A stretch of DNA of 64,000 nt from Auanema rhodensis (taxonomy: Eukaryota > Animalia > Nematoda). Under the pieces are notes generated by a model. That model saw only the letters and a program-made list of their open reading frames with translations. It did no database searches and was not told the DNA's origin. Of the stretch, positions 40,016 to 54,600 are shown piece after piece. The DNA lies in the NCBI GenBank assembly GCA_964057225.1, contig OZ059900.1, forward strand, positions 26,040,001 to 26,104,000. Reading direction: 5' to 3'. Numbering within the stretch: position 1 is the first letter of the stretch; each line of letters starts with the position of its first letter. The translations under genes and the position numbers were made by a program.

Positions 40016-42751
40016 AAAACCTTGTTTACAGCAAAATTTCCAAAAACTGGTTTTCCAGCATAATATAATATTTCTCATGGGAAATACAGTGTTTTTGTAT
40101 TTTTTTAGTGTTCAGCATGTAAAATGCGTCATTTTAGTATGTAAAACGCTGAAATTCGTTGCATTTGACGACTCATATGAACAAAAATCGATTTTATCAA
40201 TATTAGCCATAAGGGGCGTGCCCTCAGAATATGCTAATTTCCTTAATTTTCTAACCCCTGTTTTTTTGTCGTGAAAGTGGAACTAGACGTTGTACGAACA
40301 ATTTTGAGCTAGGTTTCATTGACATTGCATGAGTTTGAACACATGAAATCGTAAGTCAAAACCTTGTTTACAGCGAAATTTCCAAAAACTGGTTTTCCAG
40401 CATAATAAAATATTTCTCAAGGGAAAAACTGTGTTTTCATATTTTTCAAGTGTTCAGCATGTAAAATGCTTCATTTTAGTATGTAACACGCTGAAATTCC
40501 TTGCATTTGACGACTCATATGAACAAAAATCGATTTTATCAATATTAGCCATAAGGGGCGTGCCCTCAGAATTTGCTAATTTCCTTAATTTTCTAACCCC
40601 TGTTTTTTTGTCGTGAAAGTGGAACTAGACGTTGTACGAACAATTTTGAGCTAGGTTTCATTGACATTGCATGAGTTTGAACACATGAAATCGTAAGTCA
40701 AAACCTTGTTTACAGCGAAATTTCCAAAAACTGGTTTTCCAGCATAATAAAATATTTCTCATGGGAAATACTGTGTTTTTGTATTTTTTCAGTGTTCAGC
40801 ATGTAAAATGCTTCATTTTAGTATGTAACACGCTGAAATTCGTTGCATTTGACGACTCATATGAACAAAAATCGATTTAATCAATATTAGCCATAAGGGG
40901 CGTGCCCTCAGAATATGCTAATTTCCTTAATTTTCTAACCCCTGTTTTTTTGTCGTGAAAGTGGAACTAGACGTTGTACGAACAATTTTGAGCTAGGTTT
41001 CATTGACATTGCATGAGTTTGAACACATGAAATCGTAAGTCAAAACCTTGTTTACAGCGAAATTTCCAAAAACTGGTTTTCCAGCATAATAAAATATTTC
41101 TCATGGGAAATACTGTGTTTTTGTATTTTTCTAGTGTTCAGCATGTAAAATGCGTCATTTTAGTATGTAAAACGCTGAAATTCGTTGCATTTGACGACTC
41201 ATATGAACAAAAATCGATTTTATCAATATTAGCCATAAGGGGCGTGCCCTCAGAATATGCTAATTTCCTTAATTCTCTAACCCCTGTTTTTTTGTCGTGA
41301 AAGTGGAACTAGACGTTGTACGAACAATTTTGAGCTAGGTTTCATTGACATTGCATGAGTTTGAACACATGAAATCGTAAGTCAAAACCTTGTTTACAGC
41401 AAAATTTCCAAAAACTGGTTTTCCAGCATAATATAATATTTCTCATGGGAAATACAGTGTTTTTGTATTTTTTTAGTGTTCAGCATGTAAAATGCGTCAT
41501 TTTAGTATGTAAAACGCTGAAATTCGTTGCATTTGACGACTCATATGAACAAAAATCGATTTTATCAATATTAGCCATAAGGGGCGTGCCCTCAGAATAT
41601 GCTAATTTCCTTAATTTTCTAACCCCTGTTTTTTTGTCGTGAAAGTGGAACTAGACGTTGTACGAACAATTTTGAGCTAGGTTTCATTGACATTGCATGA
41701 GTTTGAACACATGAAATCGTAAGTCAAAACCTTGTTTACAGCGAAATTTCCAAAAACTGGTTTTCCAGCATAATAAAATATTTCTCAAGGGAAAAACTGT
41801 GTTTTCATATTTTTCAAGTGTTCAGCATGTAAAATGCTTCATTTTAGTATGTAACACGCTGAAATTCCTTGCATTTGACGACTCATATGAACAAAAATCG
41901 ATTTTATCAATATTAGCCATAAGGGGCGTGCCCTCAGAATTTGCTAATTTCCTTAATTTTCTAACCCCTGTTTTTTTGTCGTGAAAGTGGAACTAGACGT
42001 TGTACGAACAATTTTGAGCTAGGTTTCATTGACATTGCATGAGTTTGAACACATGAAATCGTAAGTCAAAACCTTGTTTACAGCGAAATTTCCAAAAACT
42101 GGTTTTCCAGCATAATAAAATATTTCTCATGGGAAATACTGTGTTTTTGTATTTTTTCAGTGTTCAGCATGTAAAATGCTTCATTTTAGTATGTAACACG
42201 CTGAAATTCGTTGCATTTGACGACTCATATGAACAAAAATCGATTTAATCAATATTAGCCATAAGGGGCGTGCCCTCAGAATATGCTAATTTCCTTAATT
42301 TTCTAACCCCTGTTTTTTTGTCGTGAAAGTGGAACTAGACGTTGTACGAACAATTTTGAGCTAGGTTTCATTGACATTGCATGAGTTTGAACACATGAAA
42401 TCGTAAGTCAAAACCTTGTTTACAGCGAAATTTCCAAAAACTGGTTTTCCAGCATAATAAAATATTTCTCATGGGAAATACTGTGTTTTTGTATTTTTTT
42501 AGTGTTCAGCATGTAAAATGCGTCATTTTAGTATGTAAAACGCTGAAATTCCTTGCATTTGACGACTCATATGAACAAAAATCGATTTTATCAATATTAG
42601 CCATAAGGGGCGTGCCCTCAGAATATGCTAATTTCCTTAATTCTCTAACCCCTGTTTTTTTGTCGTGAAAGTGGAACTAGACGTTGTACGAACAATTTTG
42701 AGCTAGGTTTCATTGACATTGCATGAGTTTGAACACATGAAATCGTAAGTC
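40016..42751 (+). repeat. 4-monomer duplication G-P-C-D, period 1368 bp
   Basis: Offsets 40077>41445, 40431>41799 and 41103>42471. A P monomer with the tttt allele occurs only here. Confidence 0.85.
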
Positions 42752-45700
42752 AAAACCTTGTTTACAGCGAAATTTCCAAAAACTGGTTTTCCAGCATAAT
42801 AAAATATTTCTCAAGGGAAAAACTGTGTTTTCATATTTTTCAAGTGTTCAGCATGTAAAATGCTTCATTTTAGTATGTAACACGCTGAAATTCCTTGCAT
42901 TTGACGACTCATATGAACAAAAATCGATTTAATCAATATTAGCCATAAGGGGCGTGCCCTCAGAATTTGCTAATTTCCTTATATTTCTAACCCCTGTTTT
43001 TTTGTCGTGAAAGTGGAACTAGACGTTGTACGAACAATTTTGAGCTAGGTTTCATTGACATTGCATGAGTTTGAACACATGAAATCGTAAGTCAAAACCT
43101 TGTTTACAGCGAAATTTCCAAAAACTGGTTTTCCAGCATAATAAAATATTTCTCAAGGGAAAAACTGTGTTTTCATATTTTTCAAGTGTTCAGCATGTAA
43201 AATGCTTCATTTTAGTATGTAACACGCTGAAATTCCTTGCATTTGACGACTCATATGAACAAAAATCGATTTAATCAATATTAGCCATAAGGGGCGTGCC
43301 CTCAGAATATGCTAATTTCCTTAATTTTCTAACCCCTGTTTTTTTGTCGTGAAAGTGGAACTAGACGTTGTACGAACAATTTTGAGCTAGGTATTCATTG
43401 ACATTGCATGAGTTTGAACACATGCAATCGTAAGTCAAAACCTTGTTTACAGCGAAATTTCCAAAAACTGGTTTTCCAGCATAATAAAATATTTCTCATG
43501 GGAAAAACTGTGTTTTTGTATTTTTCTAGTGTTCAGCATGTAAAATGCTTCATTTTAATATGTAACACGCTGAAATTCGTTGCATTTGACGACTCATATG
43601 AACAAAAATCGATTTAATCAATATTAGCCATAAGGGGCGTGCCCTCAGAATATGCTAATTTCCTTAATTTTCTAACCCCTGTTTTTTTGTCGTGAAAGTG
43701 GAACTAGACGTTGTACGAACAATTTTGAGCTAGGTTTCATTGACATTGCATGAGTTTGAACACATGAAATCGTAAGTCAAAAACCTTGTTTACAGCGAAA
43801 TTTCCAAAAACTGGTTTTCCAGCATAATACAATATTTCTCAAGGGAAAAACTGTGTTTTTATATTTTTCTAGTGTTCAGCATGTAAAATGCTTCATTTTA
43901 GTATGTAACACGCTGAAATTCGTTGCATTTGACGACTCATATGAACAAAAATCGATTTTATCAATATTAGCCATAAGGGGCGTGCCCTCAGAATATGCTA
44001 ATTTCCTTAATTTTCTAACCCCTGTTTTTTTGTCGTGAAAGTGGAACTAGACGTTGTACGAACAGTTTTGAGCTAGGTTTCATTGACATTGCATGAGTTT
44101 GAACACATGAAATCGTAAGTCAAAACCTTGTTTACAGCGAAATTTCCAAAAACTGGTTTTCCAGCATAATAAAATATTTCTCATGGGAAATACTGTGTTT
44201 TTGTATTTTTTCAGTGTTCAGCATGTAAAATGCTTCATTTTAGTATGTAACACGCTGAAATTCGTTGCATTTGACGACTCATATGAACAAAAATCGATTT
44301 AATCAATATTAGCCATAAGGGGCGTGCCCTCAGAATATGCTAATTTCCTTAATTTTCTAACCCCTGTTTTTTTGTCGTGAAAGTGGAACTAGACGTTGTA
44401 CGAACAATTTTGAGCTAGGTTTCATTGACATTGCATGAGTTTGAACACATGAAATCGTAAGTCAAAACCTTGTTTACAGCGAAATTTCCAAAAACTGGTT
44501 TTCCAGCATAATAAAATATTTCTCATGGGAAATACTGTGTTTTTGTATTTTTTTAGTGTTCAGCATGTAAAATGCGTCATTTTAGTATGTAAAACGCTGA
44601 AATTCGTTGCATTTGACGACTCATATGAACAAAAATCGATTTTATCAATATTAGCCATAAGGGGGTGCCCTCAGAATATGCTAATTTCCTTAATTTTCTA
44701 ACCCCTGTTTTTTTGTCGTGAAAGTGGAACTAGACGTTGTACGAACAATTTTGAGCTAAGTTTCATTGACATTGCATGAGTTTGAACACATGAAATCGTA
44801 AGTCAAAACCTTGTTTACAGCGAAATTTCCAAAAACTGGTTTTCCAGCATAATAAAATATTTCTCATGAGAAATACTGTGTTTTTGTATTTTTTTAATGT
44901 TCAGCATGTAAAATGCTTCATTTTGATATGTAAAACGCTGAAATTCGTTGCATTTGACGATTCATATGAACAAAAATCGATTTTATCAATATTAGCCATA
45001 AGGGGCGTGCCCTCAGAATATGCTAATTTCCTTAATTTTCTAACCCCTGTTTTTTGTCGTGAAAGTGGAACTAGACGTTGTACGAACAATTTTGAGCAAG
45101 GTTTCATTGACATTGCATGAGTTTGAACACATGAAATCGTAAGTCAAAACCTTGTTTACAGCGAAATTTCCAAAAACTGGTTTTCCAGCATAATACAATA
45201 TTTCTCATGGGAAATACTGTGTTTTTATATTTTTCTAGTGTTCAGCATATAAAATGCTTCATTTTAGTATGTAACACGCTGAAATTCGTTGCATTTGACG
45301 ACTCATATGAACAAAAATCGATTTTATCAATATTAGCCATAAGGGGCGTGCCCTCAGAATATGCTAATTTCCTTAATTTTCTAACCCCTGTTTTTTTGTC
45401 GTGAAAGTGGAACTAGACGTTGTACGAACAGTTTTGAGCTAGGTTTCATTGACATTGCATGAGTTTGAACACATGAAATCGTAAGTCAAAACCTTGTTTA
45501 CAGCGAAATTTCCAAAAACTGGTTTTCCAGCATAATAAAATATTTCTCATGGGAAATACTGTGTTTTTGTATTTTTTCAGTGTTCAGCATGTAAAATGCT
45601 TCATTTTAGTATGTAACACGCTGAAATTCGTTGCATTTGACGACTCATATGAACAAAAATCGATTTAATCAATATTAGCCATAAGGGGCGTGCCCTCAGA

Positions 45701-45829
45701 ATATGCTAATTTCCTTAATTTTCTAACCCCTGTTTTTTTGTCGTGAAAGTGGAACTAGACGTTGTACGAACAATTTTGAGCTAGGTTTCATTGACATTGC
45801 ATGAGTTTGAACACATGCAATCGTAAGTC

Positions 45830-48800
45830 AAAACCTTGTTTACAGCGAAATTTCCAAAAACTGGTTTTCCAGCATAATAAAATATTTCTCATGGGAAAAA
45901 CTGTGTTTTTGTATTTTTCTAGTGTTCAGCATGTAAAATGCTTTATTTTAATATGTAACACGCTGAAATTCGTTGCATTTGACGACTCATATGAACAAAA
46001 ATCGATTTAATCAATATTAGCCATAAGGGGCGTGCCCTCAGAATATGCTAATTTCCTTAATTTTCTAACCCCTGTTTTTTTGTCGTGAAAGTGGAACTAG
46101 ACGTTGTACGAACAATTTTGAGCTAAGTTTCATTGACATTGCATGAGTTTGAACACATGAAATCGTAAGTCAAAACCTTGTTTACAGCGAAATTTCCAAA
46201 AACTGGTTTTCCAGCATAATAAAATATTTCTCAAGGGAAAAACTGTGTTTTCATATTTTTCAAGTGTTCAGCATGTAAAATGCTTCATTTTAGTATGTAA
46301 CACGCTGAAATTCCTTGCATTTGACGACTCATATGAACAAAAATCGATTTAATCAATATTAGCCATAAGGGGCGTGCCCTCAGAATATGCTAATTTCCTT
46401 AATTTTCTAACCCCTGTTTTTTTGTCGTGAAAGTGGAACTAGACGTTGTACGAACAATTTTGAGCTAGGTTTCATTGACATTGCATGAGTTTGAACACAT
46501 GAAATCGTAAGTCAAAACCTTGTTTACAGCGAAATTTCCAAAAACTGGTTTTCCAGCATAATAAAATATTTCTCATGAGAAATACTGTGTTTTTGTATTT
46601 TTTTAATGTTCAGCATGTAAAACGCTTCATTTTGATATGTAAAACGCTGAAATTCGTTGCATTTGACGACTCATATGAACAAAAATCGATTTTATCAATA
46701 TTAGCCATAAGGGGCGTGCCCTCAGAATATGCTAATTTCCTTAATTTTCTAACCCCTGTTTTTTTGTCGTGAAAGTGGAACTAGACGTTGTACGAACAAT
46801 TTTGAGCTAGGTTTCATTGACATTGCATGAGTTTGAACACATGAAATCGTAAGTCAAAACCTTGTTTACAGCGAAATTTCCAAAAACTGGTTTTCCAGCA
46901 TAATACAATATTTCTCATGGGAAATACTGTGTTTTTATATTTTTCTAGTGTTCAGCATGTAAAATGCTTCATTTTAGTATGTAACACGCTGAAATTCGTT
47001 GCATTTGACGACTCATATGAACAAAAATCGATTTTATCAATATTAGCCATAAGGGGCGTGCCCTCAGAATATGCTAATTTCCTTAATTTTCTAACCCCTG
47101 TTTTTTTGTCGTGAAAGTGGAACTAGACGTTGTACGAACAGTTTTGAGCTAGGTTTCATTGACATTGCATGAGTTTGAACACATGAAATCGTAAGTCAAA
47201 ACCTTGTTTACAGCGAAATTTCCAAAAACTGGTTTTCCAGCATAATAAAATATTTCTCATGGGAAATACTGTGTTTTTGTATTTTTTTAGTGTTCAGCAT
47301 GTAAAATGCGTCATTTTAGTATGTAAAACGCTGAAATTCGTTGCATTTGACGACTCATATGAACAAAAATCGATTTTATCAATATTAGCCATAAGGGGCG
47401 TGCCCTCAGAATATGCTAATTTCCTTAATTCTCTAACCCCTGTTTTTTTGTCGTGAAAGTGGAACTAGACGTTGTACGAACAATTTTGAGCTAGGTTTCA
47501 TTGACATTGCATGAGTTTGAACACATGAAATCGTAAGTCAAAACCTTGTTTACAGCGAAATTTCCAAAAACTGGTTTTCCAGCATAATAAAATATTTCTC
47601 AAGGGAAAAACTGTGTTTTCATATTTTTCAAGTGTTCAGCATGTAAAATGCTTCATTTTAGTATGTAACACGCTGAAATTCCTTGCATTTGACGACTCAT
47701 ATGAACAAAAATCGATTTAATCAATATTAGCCATAAGGGGCGTGCCCTCAGAATTTGCTAATTTCCTTATATTTCTAACCCCTGTTTTTTTGTCGTGAAA
47801 GTGGAACTAGACGTTGTACGAACAATTTTGAGCTAGGTTTCATTGACATTGCATGAGTTTGAACACATGAAATCGTAAGTCAAAACCTTGTTTACAGCGA
47901 AATTTCCAAAAACTGGTTTTCCAGCATAATAAAATATTTCTCATGGGAAATACTGTGTTTTTGTATTTTTCTAGTGTTCAGCATGTAAAATGCATCATTT
48001 TAGTATATAACACGCTGAAATTTGTTGCATTTGACGACTCATATGAACAAAAATCGATTTAATCAATATTAGCCATAAGGGGCGTGCCCTCAGAATATGC
48101 TAATTTCCTTAATTTTCTAACCCCTGTTTTTTTGTCGTGAAAGTGGAACTAGACGTTGTACGAACAATTTTGAGCTAGGTTTCATTGACATTGCATGAGT
48201 TTGAACACATGCAATCGTAAGTCAAAACCTTGTTTACAGCGAAATTTCCAAAAACTGGTTTTCCAGCATAATAAAATATTTCTCATGGGAAAAACTGTGT
48301 TTTTGTATTTTTCTAGTGTTCAGCATGTAAAATGCTTTATTTTAATATGTAACACGCTGAAATTCGTTGCATTTGACGACTCATATGAACAAAAATCGAT
48401 TTAATCAATATTAGCCATAAGGGGCGTGCCCTCAGAATATGCTAATTTCCTTAATTTTCTAACCCCTGTTTTTTTGTCGTGAAAGTGGAACTAGACGTTG
48501 TACGAACAATTTTGAGCTAAGTTTCATTGACATTGCATGAGTTTGAACACATGAAATCGTAAGTCAAAACCTTGTTTACAGCGAAATTTCCAAAAACTGG
48601 TTTTCCAGCATAATAAAATATTTCTCAAGGGAAAAACTGTGTTTTCATATTTTTCAAGTGTTCAGCATGTAAAATGCTTCATTTTAGTATGTAACACGCT
48701 GAAATTCCTTGCATTTGACGACTCATATGAACAAAAATCGATTTAATCAATATTAGCCATAAGGGGCGTGCCCTCAGAATATGCTAATTTCCTTAATTTT

Positions 48801-51301
48801 CTAACCCCTGTTTTTTTGTCGTGAAAGTGGAACTAGACGTTGTACGAACAATTTTGAGCTAGGTTTCATTGACATTGCATGAGTTTGAACACATGAAATC
48901 GTAAGTCAAAACCTTGTTTACAGCGAAATTTCCAAAAACTGGTTTTCCAGCATAATAAAATATTTCTCATGAGAAATACTGTGTTTTTGTATTTTTTCAA
49001 TGTTCAGCATGTAAAACGCTTCATTTTGATATGTAAAACGCTGAAATTCGTTGCATTTGACGACTCATATGAACAAAAATCGATTTTATCAATATTAGCC
49101 ATAAGGGGCGTGCCCTCAGAATATGCTAATTTCCTTAATTTTCTAACCCCTGTTTTTTTGTCGTGAAAGTGGAACTAGACGTTGTACGAACAATTTTGAG
49201 CTAGGTTTCATTGACATTGCATGAGTTTGAACACATGAAATCGTAAGTCAAAACCTTGTTTACAGCGAAATTTCCAAAAACTGGTTTTCCAGCATAATAC
49301 AATATTTCTCATGGGAAATACTGTGTTTTTATATTTTTCTAGTGTTCAGCATGTAAAATGCTTCATTTTAGTATGTAACACGCTGAAATTCGTTGCATTT
49401 GACGACTCATATGAACAAAAATCGATTTTATCAATATTAGCCATAAGGGGCGTGCCCTCAGAATATGCTAATTTCCTTAATTTTCTAACCCCTGTTTTTT
49501 TGTCGTGAAAGTGGAACTAGACGTTGTACGAACAGTTTTGAGCTAGGTTTCATTGACATTGCATGAGTTTGAACACATGAAATCGTAAGTCAAAACCTTG
49601 TTTACAGCGAAATTTCCAAAAACTGGTTTTCCAGCATAATAAAATATTTCTCATGGGAAATACTGTGTTTTTGTATTTTTTCAGTGTTCAGCATGTAAAA
49701 TGCTTCATTTTAGTATGTAACACGCTGAAATTCGTTGCATTTGACGACTCATATGAACAAAAATCGATTTAATCAATATTAGCCATAAGAGGCGTGCCCT
49801 CAGAATATGCTAATTTCCTTAATTTTCTAACCCCTGTTTTTTTGTCGTGAAAGTGGAACTAGACGTTGTACGAACAATTTTGAGCTAGGTTTCATTGACA
49901 TTGCATGAGTTTGAACACATGAAATCGTAAGTCAAAACCTTGTTTACAGCGAAATTTCCAAAAACTGGTTTTCCAGCATAATAAAATATTTCTCATGGGA
50001 AATACTGTGTTTTTGTATTTTTTTAGTGTTCAGCATGTAAAATGCGTCATTTTAGTGTGTAAAACGCTGAAATTCGTTGCATTTGACGACTCATATGAAC
50101 AAAAATCGATTTTATCAATATTAGCCATAAGGGGCGTGCCCTCAGAATATGCTAATTTCCTTAATTCTCTAACCCCTGTTTTTTTGTCGTGAAAGTGGAA
50201 CTAGACGTTGTACGAACAATTTTGAGCTAGGTTTCATTGACATTGCATGAGTTTGAACACATGAAATCGTAAGTCAAAACCTTGTTTACAGCGAAATTTC
50301 CAAAAACTGGTTTTCCAGCATAATAAAATATTTCTCAAGGGAAAAACTGTGTTTTCATATTTTTCAAGTGTTCAGCATGTAAAATGCTTCATTTTAGTAT
50401 GTAACACGCTGAAATTCCTTGCATTTGACGACTCATATGAACAAAAATCGATTTAATCAATATTAGCCATAAGGGGCGTGCCCTCAGAATTTGCTAATTT
50501 CCTTATATTTCTAACCCCTGTTTTTTTGTCGTGAAAGTGGAACTAGACGTTGTACGAACAATTTTGAGCTAGGTTTCATTGACATTGCATGAGTTTGAAC
50601 ACATGAAATCGTAAGTCAAAACCTTGTTTACAGCGAAATTTCCAAAAACTGGTTTTCCAGCATAATAAAATATTTCTCATGGGAAATACTGTGTTTTTGT
50701 ATTTTTCTAGTGTTCAGCATGTAAAATGCTTCATTTTAGTATGTAACACGCTGAAATTTGTTGCATTTGACGACTCATATGAACAAAAATCGATTTAATC
50801 AATATTAGCCATAAGGGGCGTGCCCTCAGAATATGCTAATTTCCTTAATTTTCTAACCCCTGTTTTTTTGTCGTGAAAGTGGAACTAGACGTTGTACGAA
50901 CAATTTTGAGCTAGGTTTCATTGACATTGCATGAGTTTGAACACATGCAATCGTAAGTCAAAACCTTGTTTACAGCGAAATTTCCAAAAACTGGTTTTCC
51001 AGCATAATAAAATATTTCTCATGGGAAAAACTGTGTTTTTGTATTTTTCTAGTGTTCAGCATGTAAAATGCTTCATTTTAATATGTAACACGCTGAAATT
51101 CGTTGCATTTGACGACTCATATGAACAAAAATCGATTTAATCAATATTAGCCATAAGGGGCGTGCCCTCAGAATATGCTAATTTCCTTAATTTTCTAACC
51201 CCTGTTTTTTTGTCGTGAAAGTGGAACTAGACGTTGTACGAACAATTTTGAGCTAAGTTTCATTGACATTGCATGAGTTTGAACACATGAAATCGTAAGT
51301 C
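45830..51301 (+). repeat. Variant 7/8-monomer repeat E-P-A-B-(C)-D-P-Q
   Basis: Offset is 2394 for 45801>48195, 46575>48969 and 46917>49311, then 2736 for 47259>49995 and 48195>50931. The second copy has one extra C monomer. Confidence 0.8.
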
Positions 51302-51643
51302 AAAACCTTGTTTACAGCGAAATTTCCAAAAACTGGTTTTCCAGCATAATAAAATATTTCTCATGAGAAATACTGTGTTTTTGTATTTTTTTAATGTTCA
51401 GCATGTAAAACGCTTCATTTTGATATGTAAAACGCTGAAATTCGTTGCATTTGACGACTCATATGAACAAAAATCGATTTTATCAATATTAGCCATAAGG
51501 GGCGTGCCCTCAGAATATGCTAATTTCCTTAATTTTCTAACCCCTGTTTTTTTGTCGTGAAAGTGGAACTAGACGTTGTACGAACAATTTTGAGCTAGGT
51601 TTCATTGACATTGCATGAGTTTGAACACATGAAATCGTAAGTC

Positions 51644-54600
51644 AAAAACCTTGTTTACAGCGAAATTTCCAAAAACTGGTTTTCCAGCATAATACAATAT
51701 TTCTCAAGGGAAAAACTGTGTTTTTATATTTTTCTAGTGTTCAGCATGTAAAATGCTTCATTTTAGTATGTAACACGCTGAAATTCGTTGCATTTGACGA
51801 CTCATATGAACAAAAATCGATTTTATCAATATTAGCCATAAGGGGCGTGCCCTCAGAATATGCTAATTTCCTTAATTTTCTAACCCCTGTTTTTTTGTCG
51901 TGAAAGTGGAACTAGACGTTGTACGAACAGTTTTGAGCTAGGTTTCATTGACATTGCATGAGTTTGAACACATGAAATCGTAAGTCAAAACCTTGTTTAC
52001 AGCGAAATTTCCAAAAACTGGTTTTCCAGCATAATAAAATATTTCTCATGGGAAATACTGTGTTTTTGTAGTTTTTCAGTGTTCAGCATGTAAAATGCTT
52101 CATTTTAGTATGTAACACGCTGAAATTCGTTGCATTTGACGACTCATATGAACAAAAATCGATTTAATCAATATTAGCCATAAGGGGCGTGCCCTCAGAA
52201 TATGCTAATTTCCTTAATTTTCTAACCCCTGTTTTTTTGTCGTGAAAGTGAAACTAGACGTTGTACAAACAATTTTGAGCTAGGTTTCATTGACATTGCA
52301 TGAGTTTGAACACATGAAATCGTAAGTCAAAACCTTGTTTACAGCGAAATTTCCAAAAACTGGTTTTCCAGCATAATACAATATTTCTCATGGGAAATAC
52401 TGTGTTTTTATATTTTTCTAGTGTTCAGCATGTAAAATGCTTCATTTTAGTATGTAACACGCTGAAATTCGTTGCATTTGACGACTCATATGAACAAAAA
52501 TCGATTTTATCAATATTAGCCATAAGGGGCGTGCCCTCAGAATATGCTAATTTCCTTAATTTTCTAACCCCTGTTTTTTTGTCGTGAAAGTGGAACTAGA
52601 CGTTGTACGAACAGTTTTGAGCTAGGTTTCATTGACATTGCATGAGTTTGAACACATGAAATCGTAAGTCAAAACCTTGTTTACAGCGAAATTTCCAAAA
52701 ACTGGTTTTCCAGCATAATAAAATATTTCTCATGGGAAATACTGTGTTTTTGTATTTTTTCAGTGTTCAGCATGTAAAATGCTTCATTTTAGTATGTAAC
52801 ACGCTGAAATTCGTTGCATTTGACGACTCATATGAACAAAAATCGATTTAATCAATATTAGCCATAAGGGGCGTGCCCTCAGAATATGCTAATTTCCTTA
52901 ATTTTCTAACCCCTGTTTTTTTGTCGTGAAAGTGGAACTAGACGTTGTACGAACAATTTTGAGCTAGGTTTCATTGACATTGCATGAGTTTGAACACATG
53001 AAATCGTAAGTCAAAACCTTGTTTACAGCGAAATTTCCAAAAACTGGTTTTCCAGCATAATAAAATATTTCTCATGGGAAATACTGTGTTTTTGTATTTT
53101 TTTAGTGTTCAGCATGTAAAATGCGTCATTTTAGTATGTAAAACGCTGAAATTCGTTGCATTTGACGACTCATATGAACAAAAATCGATTTTATCAATAT
53201 TAGCCATAAGGGGCGTGCCCTCAGAATATGCTAATTTCCTTAATTTTCTAACCCCTGTTTTTTTGTCGTGAAAGTGGAACTAGACGTTGTACGAACAATT
53301 TTGAGCTAAGTTTCATTGACATTGCATGAGTTTGAACACATGAAATCGTAAGTCAAAACCTTGTTTACAGCGAAATTTCCAAAAACTGGTTTTCCAGCAT
53401 AATAAAATATTTCTCATGAGAAATACTGTGTTTTTGTATTTTTTTAATGTTCAGCATGTAAAATGCTTCATTTTGATATGTAAAACGCTGAAATTCGTTG
53501 CATTTGACGATTCATATGAACAAAAATCGATTTTATCAATATTAGCCATAAGGGGCGTGCCCTCAGAATATGCTAATTTCCTTAATTTTCTAACCCCTGT
53601 TTTTTGTCGTGAAAGTGGAACTAGACGTTGTACGAACAATTTTGAGCAAGGTTTCATTGACATTGCATGAGTTTGAACACATGAAATCGTAAGTCAAAAC
53701 CTTGTTTACAGCGAAATTTCCAAAAACTGGTTTTCCAGCATAATACAATATTTCTCATGGGAAATACTGTGTTTTTATATTTTTCTAGTGTTCAGCATAT
53801 AAAATGCTTCATTTTAGTATGTAACACGCTGAAATTCGTTGCATTTGACGACTCATATGAACAAAAATCGATTTTATCAATATTAGCCATAAGGGGCGTG
53901 CCCTCAGAATATGCTAATTTCCTTAATTTTCTAACCCCTGTTTTTTTGTCGTGAAAGTGGAACTAGACGTTGTACGAACAGTTTTGAGCTAGGTTTCATT
54001 GACATTGCATGAGTTTGAACACATGAAATCGTAAGTCAAAACCTTGTTTACAGCGAAATTTCCAAAAACTGGTTTTCCAGCATAATAAAATATTTCTCAT
54101 GGGAAATACTGTGTTTTTGTATTTTTTCAGTGTTCAGCATGTAAAATGCTTCATTTTAGTATGTAACACGCTGAAATTCGTTGCATTTGACGACTCATAT
54201 GAACAAAAATCGATTTAATCAATATTAGCCATAAGGGGCGTGCCCTCAGAATATGCTAATTTCCTTAATTTTCTAACCCCTGTTTTTTTGTCGTGAAAGT
54301 GGAACTAGACGTTGTACGAACAATTTTGAGCTAGGTTTCATTGACATTGCATGAGTTTGAACACATGAAATCGTAAGTCAAAACCTTGTTTACAGCGAAA
54401 TTTCCAAAAACTGGTTTTCCAGCATAATAAAATATTTCTCATGGGAAATACTGTGTTTTTGTATTTTTTTAGTGTTCAGCATGTAAAATGCGTCATTTTA
54501 GTATGTAAAACGCTGAAATTCGTTGCATTTGACGACTCATATGAACAAAAATCGATTTTATCAATATTAGCCATAAGGGGCGTGCCCTCAGAATATGCTA

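Larger units (their letters stand above)
19616..40032 (+). repeat. Tandem duplication of a 25-monomer block (8551 bp); the first copy is expanded to 34 monomers (11630 bp) by an internal 9-mer duplication
   Basis: Offset is +11630 for 19896>31526 through 26737>38367, then +8551 for 29816>38367 through 31184>39735. Shared markers: acatcg 21218/32848, aattgat 22402/34032, catgtga 23702/35332, G5 insertion ~24136/~35766. Confidence 0.9.
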
